Shown piece by piece: positions 50,465-59,292 of a stretch of DNA of 64,000 nucleotides. The DNA comes from an uncultured bacterium (GTDB taxonomy: Bacteria; Krumholzibacteriota; Krumholzibacteriia; Krumholzibacteriales; Krumholzibacteriaceae): positions 1,504,001-1,568,000 of the forward strand of contig CAWBAN010000001.1 of NCBI GenBank assembly GCA_963786935.1. Reading direction: 5' to 3'. The position numbers were made by a program, and so were the translations under genes. The stretch's first letter is position 1. Each line of letters begins with the position of its first letter. Below the pieces are notes generated by a model. The model was not told the origin of the DNA and ran no database searches. It was given only the letters and a program-made list of their open reading frames with translations.

Positions 50465-50770
50465 TCAGACATTGATCCCGACCGCCGAGCGCACGAGCTG
50501 CCGGATGGACACGCGGCCCTCCATCGGACCCGTCCGGTCGGGAATCTCGATGACGAGCGGGAATGTCCGCCCGAACACGTACGTTTCCATCTCCGCGCGC
50601 AGCTGCGCCGCGATCTTCTCGGTCACGATGATGATCCCGAGGTCCGGGGACGAGAAGGCCTTCGCGAGCGCCTCCCGCGCTTCGTCCGCCGTTTCGACGA
50701 CCTCTCCCTCGACTCCCGCGAGGCCGAAACCCGTCACCGTGCTCTCATCGCCGATCACATAGAATTGCAT
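50465..50770 (-). CDS. ntpF: V/A-type ATPase subunit F
   Basis: VIGDESTVTGFGLAGV, IEIP, VRSAVG. Confidence 0.92.
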   Translation of the reverse strand: MQFYVIGDESTVTGFGLAGVEGEVVETADEAREALAKAFSSPDLGIIIVTEKIAAQLRAEMETYVFGRTFPLVIEIPDRTGPMEGRVSIRQLVRSAVGINV

Positions 50771-50779
50771 TCACGAACC

Positions 50780-51205
50780 TCATATTCTCGTCAGAATCAT
50801 GATGGCGATAATGAGACCGTAAATCGCGATTCCTTCCGCGAGACCGACGTAGATGAGCGCCCGGCCGGTGAGCTCGGGCTTTTCGCCGATGACGCCGAGC
50901 GCCGCCGAGCCGACGTACGCCACGGCGATACCCGCGCCGAGGCATCCGAATCCCGTCGCGAGCGCCGCCGCGAGGAATCCCCACCCCGTCACGGACGTCT
51001 GCGCCGGCGCGCTCTTCGCGGGCTCCGCGCTCGTCACCTGCGCGGCCGCGGTCTCGGTGCGCGTGGCGCTCCCCTGCCCGTGGACGGACGATACCGCGCT
51101 CGCCAGGTTGATGAGGAACACGAGAAACACCGTGACGAAAACCGCGGCGGACGACAGGGTGATGAATCTCTTCATCCGCTTCCTGCGCAATTCCTGCTCG
51201 GACAT
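50780..51205 (-). CDS. ntpK: V/A-type ATPase proteolipid subunit c/K
   Basis: GAGIAVAYVG, EKPE, GLAEGIAIYGL. Confidence 0.9.
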   Translation of the reverse strand: MSEQELRRKRMKRFITLSSAAVFVTVFLVFLINLASAVSSVHGQGSATRTETAAAQVTSAEPAKSAPAQTSVTGWGFLAAALATGFGCLGAGIAVAYVGSAALGVIGEKPELTGRALIYVGLAEGIAIYGLIIAIMILTRI

Positions 51206-51216
51206 GCCTGCTCCTT

Positions 51217-53205
51217 TCATTCTTCCCGGCTCAGCTTCGCGCTGAGGCCGAGCGGTTTGTACGCGACTCCTCCGCTGACAAAGAACTTTCCGAAGAACTC
51301 GTAGTACTCGAGACGGATCGCCTGAATCGAAACGATGAGCCCCTCGAGCGCGATGATCCCGACGTTGCCGAGCACGTGGATGATCCCCGCGTAGATCACC
51401 CCGCCGCTCGCGCCCTTGACCATCTCCGCGAGGCTGAAGACCGCGATGAAGAGGCCGACGTGGGCGAGCGAGAATGCGGCCACACGGATAAAGGACACGG
51501 TGTTCGCGAGGTATCCCGTGAATATCTCCACGATCTCGATGAGCGATTCGAAGATGTACATGCCGATCCCGCCCTCGAAATGCACCTTCCGGCGCGTCAC
51601 GACGGCGATGATCGGCTCCTTGAAGAAGATGGCGAGGACCGGGAGCCCCACCGCGAAGAGGAGGAGCTTGAGCGGAATGGGCTCGTTCGACAGGAACACG
51701 GACACCGCCACGATGCCCGCCCAGTACATGATCGCGACGAGCAGCCCCGCGTGATCGAAGACGAGGCCCTTGAAATTCCTCGTCCGGATCGAGTTGATCA
51801 TGTTGAACGCGATGCCGAGCATGATGACGCCGATGCCGTAGTAGATCGCGACCTTGAAGAAATACATGACGTTGTTCATCGGCTTGAGCCACAGGTGCGG
51901 GATCGTATTCTCGAGGCCGAAGAGGCTCCCGAAGAGGAACCCGAAGACGATCGACGAGGCGCCGCAGTACATCCCGAGCCGCCCGAAGAGCGCCATCGCG
52001 CTCGTCTTGTCCCCCGCGCGGCGGTAGAGGAGCAAGCCGATCGTGACGAGCACGGCGCCGTGCCCGACGTCGCCGAACATGATGCCGAACATGAAGAGGA
52101 AGGTGATCGCCATGAAGAGCGTCGGGTCGATGACCTTGTAATCGGGCAGCCCGTAGCTCGACAGCAGCATCTCGAACGGCTTGAAGAAGGCCGGATGCTT
52201 GAGCAGCACCGGAACTTTGACGCGACCCGCCTGAACGCCGGCGATCTCCTCGGGGGCGTGCACTTCGATGATCGCCCGTCCCTTCGCGGCGGTCATGATC
52301 TCCCGCTCGACGAGCCTGCGCTTGTCGGCGGGGATCCAGCCGGAGAATATGAACGTCTTCTTCGTCCGCTTGAGAAAGTTCTTGAACTTGAGCAGGAGCG
52401 CGGCCACGCGGAGCGAGCGGTAGTACTCGGTGATCTTCGAGACGTTCCCGTCGCGCGCCGCGACGATGTCCTCGCCGACGGCGCGGAGATCCTCCCTGAG
52501 CGATTCGAGCTGCTTTTCGAGCTCGCCCTCGACCTCGGGCACCTCTTTCCTCGATTCGCTCGCGATCTCGATCTCTTCGAACGAAGCCTCGGTGAGGATG
52601 CGCTTGAGCTTGAGCCGGTCGCTCTTGAGCCCGATGACGACGACGATGTCGTTCTTTCCCCGCTTGGCGGCGGTGAACGCGACGGCCGCGAGCGGCGCGA
52701 TCTTCTCCTTGATGGTCTCGAAGTTCTCGGCGCGGACCTCGCCGTAATGGATCTCGAGGAACGAGTACGGGGTCTTCCGGACCGGAAGCCCGAGCTCGAG
52801 GAGCGGCGACACCTCGCTCGCGATCGCCTCCATGCGCTCGAGCTTCTTCCTGATCTCCGCCCGCCGTCCGAGCGACGGCTGCAGCGAGACCTCGAGGGAG
52901 GAGACGAAGCGGTCGATCTCGGCGAGATCGCCCATCGATATGTCGGGAATATTCTCCGGGGGCCGCAGCGACGAATCGTCGATGCCGAGATCCTTCATGA
53001 GCACGGCGATCCGGTTCCGGAGGATCTCGATCCTGCCGCGCGCCTCGGCCGCCTCGAAGTTCCGCAGGTTCTCGGCCCACGGCTCCTGATCGTCGAGCTG
53101 CACGAGATGAAGGATATTGAGGCGCACGATCGCCGCGGCGACCTCGTCGAGCTCGCTCTCGAACACGAGGACGTTGATCTGATCCATGCGCTCCGGCAGA
53201 AACAT
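51217..53205 (-). CDS. ntpI: V/A-type ATPase subunit I (a)
   Basis: YGLP..DPT, FGIMFGDVGHG, NTVSFIRV, IQAIRLEYYEFF. Confidence 0.93.
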   Translation of the reverse strand: MFLPERMDQINVLVFESELDEVAAAIVRLNILHLVQLDDQEPWAENLRNFEAAEARGRIEILRNRIAVLMKDLGIDDSSLRPPENIPDISMGDLAEIDRFVSSLEVSLQPSLGRRAEIRKKLERMEAIASEVSPLLELGLPVRKTPYSFLEIHYGEVRAENFETIKEKIAPLAAVAFTAAKRGKNDIVVVIGLKSDRLKLKRILTEASFEEIEIASESRKEVPEVEGELEKQLESLREDLRAVGEDIVAARDGNVSKITEYYRSLRVAALLLKFKNFLKRTKKTFIFSGWIPADKRRLVEREIMTAAKGRAIIEVHAPEEIAGVQAGRVKVPVLLKHPAFFKPFEMLLSSYGLPDYKVIDPTLFMAITFLFMFGIMFGDVGHGAVLVTIGLLLYRRAGDKTSAMALFGRLGMYCGASSIVFGFLFGSLFGLENTIPHLWLKPMNNVMYFFKVAIYYGIGVIMLGIAFNMINSIRTRNFKGLVFDHAGLLVAIMYWAGIVAVSVFLSNEPIPLKLLLFAVGLPVLAIFFKEPIIAVVTRRKVHFEGGIGMYIFESLIEIVEIFTGYLANTVSFIRVAAFSLAHVGLFIAVFSLAEMVKGASGGVIYAGIIHVLGNVGIIALEGLIVSIQAIRLEYYEFFGKFFVSGGVAYKPLGLSAKLSREE

Positions 53206-53216
53206 GGAGCCGTCCT

Positions 53217-54278
53217 TCAGAACGCCGCCCGAAGATGCCCTTCGATATCGGCCTTTTCGAGCTTGAGAACCTTCCCGTTCAGAATCGTGGTGAGATTCAT
53301 GATCTCGGTGCGCTTCAGGATCAGATACGAAAGCACCGTCCCGATCGTGAACGGAAAACCGCCGAACGTCTTCTTCGCCTCGTGGATCAGGTAATCCCAG
53401 AGTATGATCTCGAGGAGGAACAGCTTGCTCATTTCCTCCTCGCGCCGAACGATCTCGGCGGCGGGCTTGAACGTCCGCTCGAGCGCGATCGAGAGAACGT
53501 CCTTGATCGAATCCGCCGCCAGCGCGTGCCGCAGGCGGTCGCTCGTCAGCCGGTACCCGCCCGGTATGTTGTAATCGCCGAGGTCGCCGGCCGGAATGTG
53601 ATAGTAGAATTTGAGCCGGATGAGCCAGCTGATGTTCTTGATGTCGATCTCGAGGCCGAGGAGCCGCCGCGCGATGGGCTTATCGGCGCGCCCGAGCGCC
53701 TCGACCTTCGCCTTGATCCGCTTGTAGAAATCGAGCTCGAGCGCGATCTCCGTCGGGAACAGCGTCCCCCGCTGCTTGTACTCGTCGAGGCTCCCCCGCA
53801 CCGGCATGAGGTACGGCGTCGCCGTGATATAGGCGAGCACGTCGTCGAGCGAGCGCGCTTCGGCGATCGACTGGTACGGGAGCGCGTGGGGAAGGTTCTT
53901 GCGGATGATGTACTTGAGGTCGTCCTTGCTCCGGTCCCCCTCGCGGATGCGGAGCGCCGCCTTGAAATTCTCGAGCTCGTACTTCTCGAGGAGCGCCGCG
54001 ATGAGCGCCTTCTCGGGATCGCGCATATCCTTGATCAGCTCGGCGTGCCACTGCACTTCCTGCTCGACGAGGAGCCGTTCGGCCACCCGGGGGTCCAGCG
54101 CGACCTCGGGGCGGGCGAGAACGGGCTCGTACACCGTTCCCGCGAGCGTCGAGTAGAACTCGGACAGATCGCGCGCCGCGGCGCAGCGGGCAATCGTGTC
54201 GGGCGGAAGGAGCGCCGCGAGGCGCGACCTAATTTTCGCGTTGACGAGAGAGTACTTGCTGACCGGTCCGAGTATCAT
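53217..54278 (-). CDS. ntpC: V/A-type ATPase subunit C (d)
   Basis: YSLVNAKIR, YELENFK, EIDIKNI, YLILKRTEI. Confidence 0.85.
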   Translation of the reverse strand: MILGPVSKYSLVNAKIRSRLAALLPPDTIARCAAARDLSEFYSTLAGTVYEPVLARPEVALDPRVAERLLVEQEVQWHAELIKDMRDPEKALIAALLEKYELENFKAALRIREGDRSKDDLKYIIRKNLPHALPYQSIAEARSLDDVLAYITATPYLMPVRGSLDEYKQRGTLFPTEIALELDFYKRIKAKVEALGRADKPIARRLLGLEIDIKNISWLIRLKFYYHIPAGDLGDYNIPGGYRLTSDRLRHALAADSIKDVLSIALERTFKPAAEIVRREEEMSKLFLLEIILWDYLIHEAKKTFGGFPFTIGTVLSYLILKRTEIMNLTTILNGKVLKLEKADIEGHLRAAF

Positions 54279-54327
54279 GGCGCCTCTTCCCGATGCATCG
54301 ACTCGCGATGCCGCCTCCCTGAGATCC

Positions 54328-54663
54328 CTAGAGGAGCTTCCCCTGCTTCTGCTCGACGCCCAGGACGAGATCGGTGACGCGCCGGGCCGCCGCCTTGATC
54401 TCGGCGCTCTTCTTCTTGATGAGCTCCGTGCTCCCCCCCTGGGCCGCGGCGATCTGGCGCTGACGCTCCGCCTCGGCCTCCCCCTTCAACAGATCCACTT
54501 TCTTCTGCGCTTCTTGCATCGACGTCTCGCGCACGCGCGCCTCGATCCGGCCGCTCGTGTCTTCCGCTTCGCGCACGATCCGTTGGGCGTCCGCATGCGC
54601 CTTCTCGATGCTTTCGCGAACCTCTTTCTCGGCCTCCAGGATCTTCTGGACTATCTCTTTCAC
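54328..54663 (-). CDS. V/A-type ATPase subunit G/H
   Basis: KILEAEKE..A coiled coil; first gene of operon. Confidence 0.72.
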   Translation of the reverse strand: MKEIVQKILEAEKEVRESIEKAHADAQRIVREAEDTSGRIEARVRETSMQEAQKKVDLLKGEAEAERQRQIAAAQGGSTELIKKKSAEIKAAARRVTDLVLGVEQKQGKLL

Positions 54664-54720
54664 GTAATCTCTCCCGCTGATAGAAACCGGAGCATGAGGG
54701 CTATCTGGATATATTCAGGG

Positions 54721-54749
54721 AGTATATGAAAGAGGCGTGGCCGTGTCAA
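54721..54749 (-). promoter_or_regulatory. Sigma70 promoter of the V-ATPase operon
   Basis: TTGACA-17-TATACT. Confidence 0.7.
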
Positions 54750-54773
54750 CAAACGAAACTGCATACCCTGCAT

Positions 54774-55523
54774 CTAGTTAACAATGACCGACGCCGACGA
54801 ATCGAACGGATTCTGCCGCACGGCGAGCGAGAAGAGATACGGGTACTGCCGCCTGAGGTGATCCATGTATCCGAGCCACTCGACGGTGAGCGCCGCGTAC
54901 GCGCGTTTGATGTCCCCCTCGAGGTGCTTCAGGTCCGATGCGGGGAGCTTCGAGAAATCGTCCCGCGCCTCGAGCTCCTCCGCGAGGTGGAACACCGCCC
55001 AGAGCATCTCGGTGAACGACTCGTGCTCGAGGAGGTTCGGATTCTCGAGGAGGCCGAGGAGAAAGGTCCGCTCGGCGGCGAGGAGCTTCTTGAGATTCTC
55101 GAAGCTCTCGGCGGTCGGCGCCGGCGCGCAGTCGCAGCCCTTGAAGTAGCGCACGAGCTCCTTGATGTTCTTATCCGGCCAGGTTCCCGCGGCCGCGAGC
55201 CGCGCTCGCTTGTCCGCGGCCGCGGGATCGACCGCGACGAATCCCCTGAGGAGCTTGATACCGACCTCGCTGAAGAACGCCCCGATCACCATGTTGAGCT
55301 TCTTGAGCATGACGCGCTTCTCGCGCTTCGTGAGCAGCTCGTGAATGACGACCGTCACGAGAAACACCTCGACCGGGAGGAACGCGATGTCCCCGAGGAG
55401 GTAGATGAAGATGTGATGCGCGTCCCGGAACAGGGCGTAGTGCAGCAGGTAGAGCATGGCCGACAGAACGATCAGGGCCGCCCCGAGCGTCACTTTCCAT
55501 CCGATCCGGTTCGCGAAGCGCAT
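54774..55523 (-). CDS. Hypothetical membrane protein (2 N-terminal TM segments)
   Basis: Hydrophobic N-terminus, host codon usage. Confidence 0.7.
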   Translation of the reverse strand: MRFANRIGWKVTLGAALIVLSAMLYLLHYALFRDAHHIFIYLLGDIAFLPVEVFLVTVVIHELLTKREKRVMLKKLNMVIGAFFSEVGIKLLRGFVAVDPAAADKRARLAAAGTWPDKNIKELVRYFKGCDCAPAPTAESFENLKKLLAAERTFLLGLLENPNLLEHESFTEMLWAVFHLAEELEARDDFSKLPASDLKHLEGDIKRAYAALTVEWLGYMDHLRRQYPYLFSLAVRQNPFDSSASVIVN

Positions 55524-55526
55524 CGG

Positions 55527-56357
55527 CTACTTGCCCTCTCCCTCCTCGAGCTTCTGCTGCATCTTCTTCATCTCGTCCATCATGTCCTTCGAGCCGGGGC
55601 CCGTGACCTTGATCGTGGAGGCGTCGAAGAGCTCGTCGGGAAGCCCCGAGTTCACCTTGACCGACTTGACGACGCCGGTCGAGATGAGCTCATTGCCCGA
55701 GTACATCTCGGTCTTGTAGGGCATCTCGAAATCAGCCGTGACCTTCCGGTAATCCGAGAGGAGGATCACCGACGCGACCCCCTCCTGCGGCTTTCCTTCC
55801 ATCTTCATGACGCGGAAGCCTTTCTGGTCGATCCAGAGCTTCGCGTATTCCGAGGATTCGTCGATCACCGAGAGGACATAGCACATGACCTCTCCGACCT
55901 TCTCGCTCCCGATGATCTCCGCGTCGACCGGCATGTAATCGGTGCAGCTCCACTTGGCCCGGTATTTCTCCGCTTCCTCCGGGGGGATTTGCGATTTGCC
56001 CATCATCGGATTGACGATCCAGGCGCTTTTCCCGTCGCCGATGACGATCGTCTTCATTTCCCCCATGCCGGCGGGCATTCCCATATCCTCCATGCCCTCC
56101 ATCGAGACCTCCACCCGGAACATCTTCCCCTTGCTGTAGAGCAGGGTGTTCGACTTCATGGAGCCGTCGGACGACGGCACGTCCATCTCCATCTCCCAGC
56201 TCAAATCCTTGATGCTCTGCTGATACTTCGTGCAGCTCTCGATCATCCGCTTCGACAGGCTCGCCCACGTTTCCGCGGAGCTGCACGCGGGAAGCATCGA
56301 TCCCGAAGCGAGCAGGACGAGGGCCGCGACGGCCGCGAACACGATCGAACGTTTCAT
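55527..56357 (-). CDS. LolA-like / outer-membrane lipoprotein-sorting fold protein
   Basis: Signal peptide; GDGKSAW, KLWID, SDYRKV, NSGLPDELF. Confidence 0.65.
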   Translation of the reverse strand: MKRSIVFAAVAALVLLASGSMLPACSSAETWASLSKRMIESCTKYQQSIKDLSWEMEMDVPSSDGSMKSNTLLYSKGKMFRVEVSMEGMEDMGMPAGMGEMKTIVIGDGKSAWIVNPMMGKSQIPPEEAEKYRAKWSCTDYMPVDAEIIGSEKVGEVMCYVLSVIDESSEYAKLWIDQKGFRVMKMEGKPQEGVASVILLSDYRKVTADFEMPYKTEMYSGNELISTGVVKSVKVNSGLPDELFDASTIKVTGPGSKDMMDEMKKMQQKLEEGEGK

Positions 56358-56367
56358 CGGATACCTC

Positions 56368-57777
56368 CTATCTGAGCATTTCGCGCATCGGATCCCACGC
56401 GGGAAGCGTCTCGGGCTTCGTCGCGAGGATCGAGAGCACCTCCGGCGAAACGAAGCTCTTGTTGACGATCACGCCGTAGACAAACTGATCGAACCAGTCG
56501 TCGTACATCGTCCAGTAGCCCTTGTCGCCGATATCGGTCCCCCACGAGTTTTCGACTCGCCACTTCGCCGGTTTCCCCCCGGCGAGCGTGTCGGCGCCGA
56601 CGAAAACCATCGCGTGGTTGGGGGAGCTGTCGAAGTAGAGAATCCGCTCCGCCTTCGTGAGCTCCATATTCACGCCGAGGAGCGACGCATAATCGTACAT
56701 GCCGAGCGCGAAGATGCCGTCCTTCTTGTCGTTCTCGGCGCCGGCGTCGGCGGCGAACCACACCGGCTCCCCCGCGTAGAGCGCCTTGAGGACGAATCCC
56801 TTCACGTCCCGGATGCTCATGTTGACGAAGTCCATATCGGGGGCGTCGGCGAGGTTCCGGTCGTACTTGATCCGGTAGTACTTCCCGTACGGCTTCGCCG
56901 GATGATCGAAGATCGCGACGTAATCGCCGAGCTTCACGCCGGCGGCGTCCCGGTAGAACGAGAGCGGCGTGTGCTTCGCCTCGTGGATCTTCCCGTCCTT
57001 GTCCTCGTAGCGCCAGACGAACTCCGCCGGCGGGAGCCCGAGGTGCAGGACGAGGAGCCGGTAGACGTCCTTGAGCATCGCGATCTTGCGCGCCTCGAGC
57101 GCGGGGCCCTTGGCGCCTTTCGCGGCCATCGCGCGCAGCTCGACGGCGTCGCGGCGCAGGAGCCGCGAGAGGAGCGTGTTCATCATGCCGGTGTTCTTCG
57201 TGTTGTTCGTCTCGGGCATGACCTCCTTCGGCACGGCGCCGTACTTGTCGATGAGCACGACGACGAACGACCACCAGCCGCCGTCGGGAATCGGATCCTT
57301 CGTGAGCACCTGGAGCTCGCGGTCGTCGAGGTCACGGTCGCGCGTCTCGATCACGGCCTCGAGGAAGAGATTCGCCTTCTCGAGCTTGTCCCAGAAAAAG
57401 AGGTACGGCTGCGAGAATTCGAACGCCGAGAGGTTGTGCTTCTTCATGACGGCGGGGCGCATGATGTTGAGCCCCGCGAAGAGCCAGCAGCGGCCGCTCG
57501 AGGCCTGATCCGTGATGCCCTTCGCGTCGACCTTGTAGTTGAACAGGTCGTCGTGCCGGTTGTAGAGCTCGCGGTTGAGAGCGAGGCTCTTGATGTCGTT
57601 GCTCGTGATGGCGTTCATGAGGGCGCGCGTCTGCGCGTCGAGCGTGAACGACGATTGGATCTCCTTCAGCACCTCGGGGGTGAGCGCCGGCCCCTTCTGG
57701 GCGAACGCGGGCGCCGCGGCGAGGAGCAGAACGAACAGGAGAACAGCCGGGACGAATGCGAGGCGAAGAACCTTCAT
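56368..57777 (-). CDS. pepC: Secreted aminopeptidase C (C1B, bleomycin hydrolase family)
   Basis: DQASSGRCWLFA, FWDKLEKAN, DGG, NHAM, VENSWG. Confidence 0.9.
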   Translation of the reverse strand: MKVLRLAFVPAVLLFVLLLAAAPAFAQKGPALTPEVLKEIQSSFTLDAQTRALMNAITSNDIKSLALNRELYNRHDDLFNYKVDAKGITDQASSGRCWLFAGLNIMRPAVMKKHNLSAFEFSQPYLFFWDKLEKANLFLEAVIETRDRDLDDRELQVLTKDPIPDGGWWSFVVVLIDKYGAVPKEVMPETNNTKNTGMMNTLLSRLLRRDAVELRAMAAKGAKGPALEARKIAMLKDVYRLLVLHLGLPPAEFVWRYEDKDGKIHEAKHTPLSFYRDAAGVKLGDYVAIFDHPAKPYGKYYRIKYDRNLADAPDMDFVNMSIRDVKGFVLKALYAGEPVWFAADAGAENDKKDGIFALGMYDYASLLGVNMELTKAERILYFDSSPNHAMVFVGADTLAGGKPAKWRVENSWGTDIGDKGYWTMYDDWFDQFVYGVIVNKSFVSPEVLSILATKPETLPAWDPMREMLR

Positions 57778-57855
57778 GGAACGGTCTCCTTTCTCGTGTT
57801 GTCGCTGCCGGTCATCAGGGGATACGAGAATAGCGCATCGACGAGCGCCGTTCAA

Positions 57856-58665
57856 TCAAAAGACGAGCTCGGCAGCGCCTTCGGGGATCCACGTGCGATC
57901 GCCGCTCTCGAGCTCCACCTGCCACCAGCCGGGGCGCCGCTCGATGAGCCGGAACTCGGTCCCCGTGTGGAGCGGCTCCTTGAAGCTCGGCTGGTACGTG
58001 TCTGCGTCTCCCATGCGGCCGATCGTCTCCTCGGCGACGATGACCCCCTCGGGCGTCCGCGCGAGGCTCGCCGAATCCACGACGAGCGATACGAGAAACG
58101 CGGCGCTCGCGACGGCCGCGACGGCGATGACGATCTTGAGCCAGCCGGCCTTCAGGAGGAGGCGCACGAGCGCCGCGATCCAGAGCGCGCCGAAGGATAT
58201 CGCGAAGATAACGAGCTTGAGCCGCGACGGGATGTCGTAGTGGAGGAAGAAGAGCGTCTTGAGCACCTTCTCCTTCTGCCGCGGCTCGATGCGGTCCGCC
58301 CGGCGGTTCCGCGCGTAGTCGAGGTTCTGCCGGAGATTCGGGTCGTTCCGCATGATGAGCTCGGCGCGCTTGTAGTTGAGAATGGCGCGCCCCGTATCGC
58401 CGAGGCGGAAATAGGCGTTTCCGACGTTATAGTAGAGCTTGCCGTTCCGCACGCCGCCGTTCTTCGCGATCGCCTCGTAGTGGAGAATCGCCTCCTGATA
58501 GTACGCCTTCGCGGCGTCGGGATCGCTCCGGTCGAGCTCCATCGCGCGGCGGAATTGCTGCTCGGCCTGCGCGAGGTGGGTCGAGAGCTCCTGATCGCTC
58601 AGGCGCGCATCGGCTTGAGCGGCGATCGCCAGGATGAGAATCAGTATACCGGCGAAATGTCTCAT
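57856..58665 (-). CDS. batE: BatE-like TPR + SH3 protein
   Basis: LYYNVGNAYFR TPR, two TM segments, C-terminal SH3b-like GWWQVEL..TWIP. Confidence 0.78.
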   Translation of the reverse strand: MRHFAGILILILAIAAQADARLSDQELSTHLAQAEQQFRRAMELDRSDPDAAKAYYQEAILHYEAIAKNGGVRNGKLYYNVGNAYFRLGDTGRAILNYKRAELIMRNDPNLRQNLDYARNRRADRIEPRQKEKVLKTLFFLHYDIPSRLKLVIFAISFGALWIAALVRLLLKAGWLKIVIAVAAVASAAFLVSLVVDSASLARTPEGVIVAEETIGRMGDADTYQPSFKEPLHTGTEFRLIERRPGWWQVELESGDRTWIPEGAAELVF

Positions 58666-58976
58666 CGAGAATACTTGCCTTTTCTTTCCCGTCCGACAGC
58701 GGCGCCGCAGGATCTCAATCTGCGCCCGGCCGCCTTCTCCTCATTTGTCTCGTAATGTGCGGCGTATAGATCGAGCACGCGGCGAATCAGCTTCTGATAC
58801 TGCGTGTTGTTTCTCTCCGCTGCCCGCTTGAAGAAATTGATGCTCGCGAGACTCAGCGAGATCGTCACTTTGACGGTTATTGGAGCGTTAATGAGCTCTT
58901 CCGGCGGGGGAAGGAAATCCTCAACAATCTCCAGATCACCCATGGGTTCATCCGTATATCTTATTCTTTTTTTCAT
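58662..58976 (-). CDS. BrnA/CopG-like antitoxin
   Basis: DFLPPPEEL, KVTISLS..INFFK, YQKLIRRVLD; overlaps toxin 3' end. Confidence 0.8.
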   Translation of the reverse strand: MKKRIRYTDEPMGDLEIVEDFLPPPEELINAPITVKVTISLSLASINFFKRAAERNNTQYQKLIRRVLDLYAAHYETNEEKAAGRRLRSCGAAVGRERKGKYSR

Positions 58977-59238
58977 AGAGTCTTCGTCCCCTTCGCCAAT
59001 AGCCCGCGCCAATTATCCTCGCAGAACCCTTTCGGCGCGTGAACCTGACCGTTAACACCCTTCCTTCGACAAGCCCCATGCAATAGAATCTCTCCTCGCA
59101 TAAGCTGTGGCTCTTGTCCCTCATGATGAGACGTTTGGGATCCTCGAAAGCTCCGACGGCCGACTCAAACGAGATCCCGTGCTTCGCCTGGTTCTCCAGG
59201 TCCTTGGCCTCATCCCACTCAAACCCCTCACACCCCAT
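58948..59238 (-). CDS. brnT: BrnT-family toxin
   Basis: FEWDEAK..NQAKHGISF, EER, RIIGA. Confidence 0.88.
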   Translation of the reverse strand: MGCEGFEWDEAKDLENQAKHGISFESAVGAFEDPKRLIMRDKSHSLCEERFYCMGLVEGRVLTVRFTRRKGSARIIGAGYWRRGRRLYEKKNKIYG

Positions 59239-59244
59239 ACCATC

Positions 59245-59276
59245 ACTATATTCACGTATTGCTTATTTTGCAATAC
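59245..59276 (-). promoter_or_regulatory. TA promoter with inverted-repeat operator
   Basis: TTGCAA-17-TATAGT; GTATTGC-N7-GCAATAC at 59256-59276. Confidence 0.65.
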
Positions 59277-59292
59277 TAAAATATGTATATTT

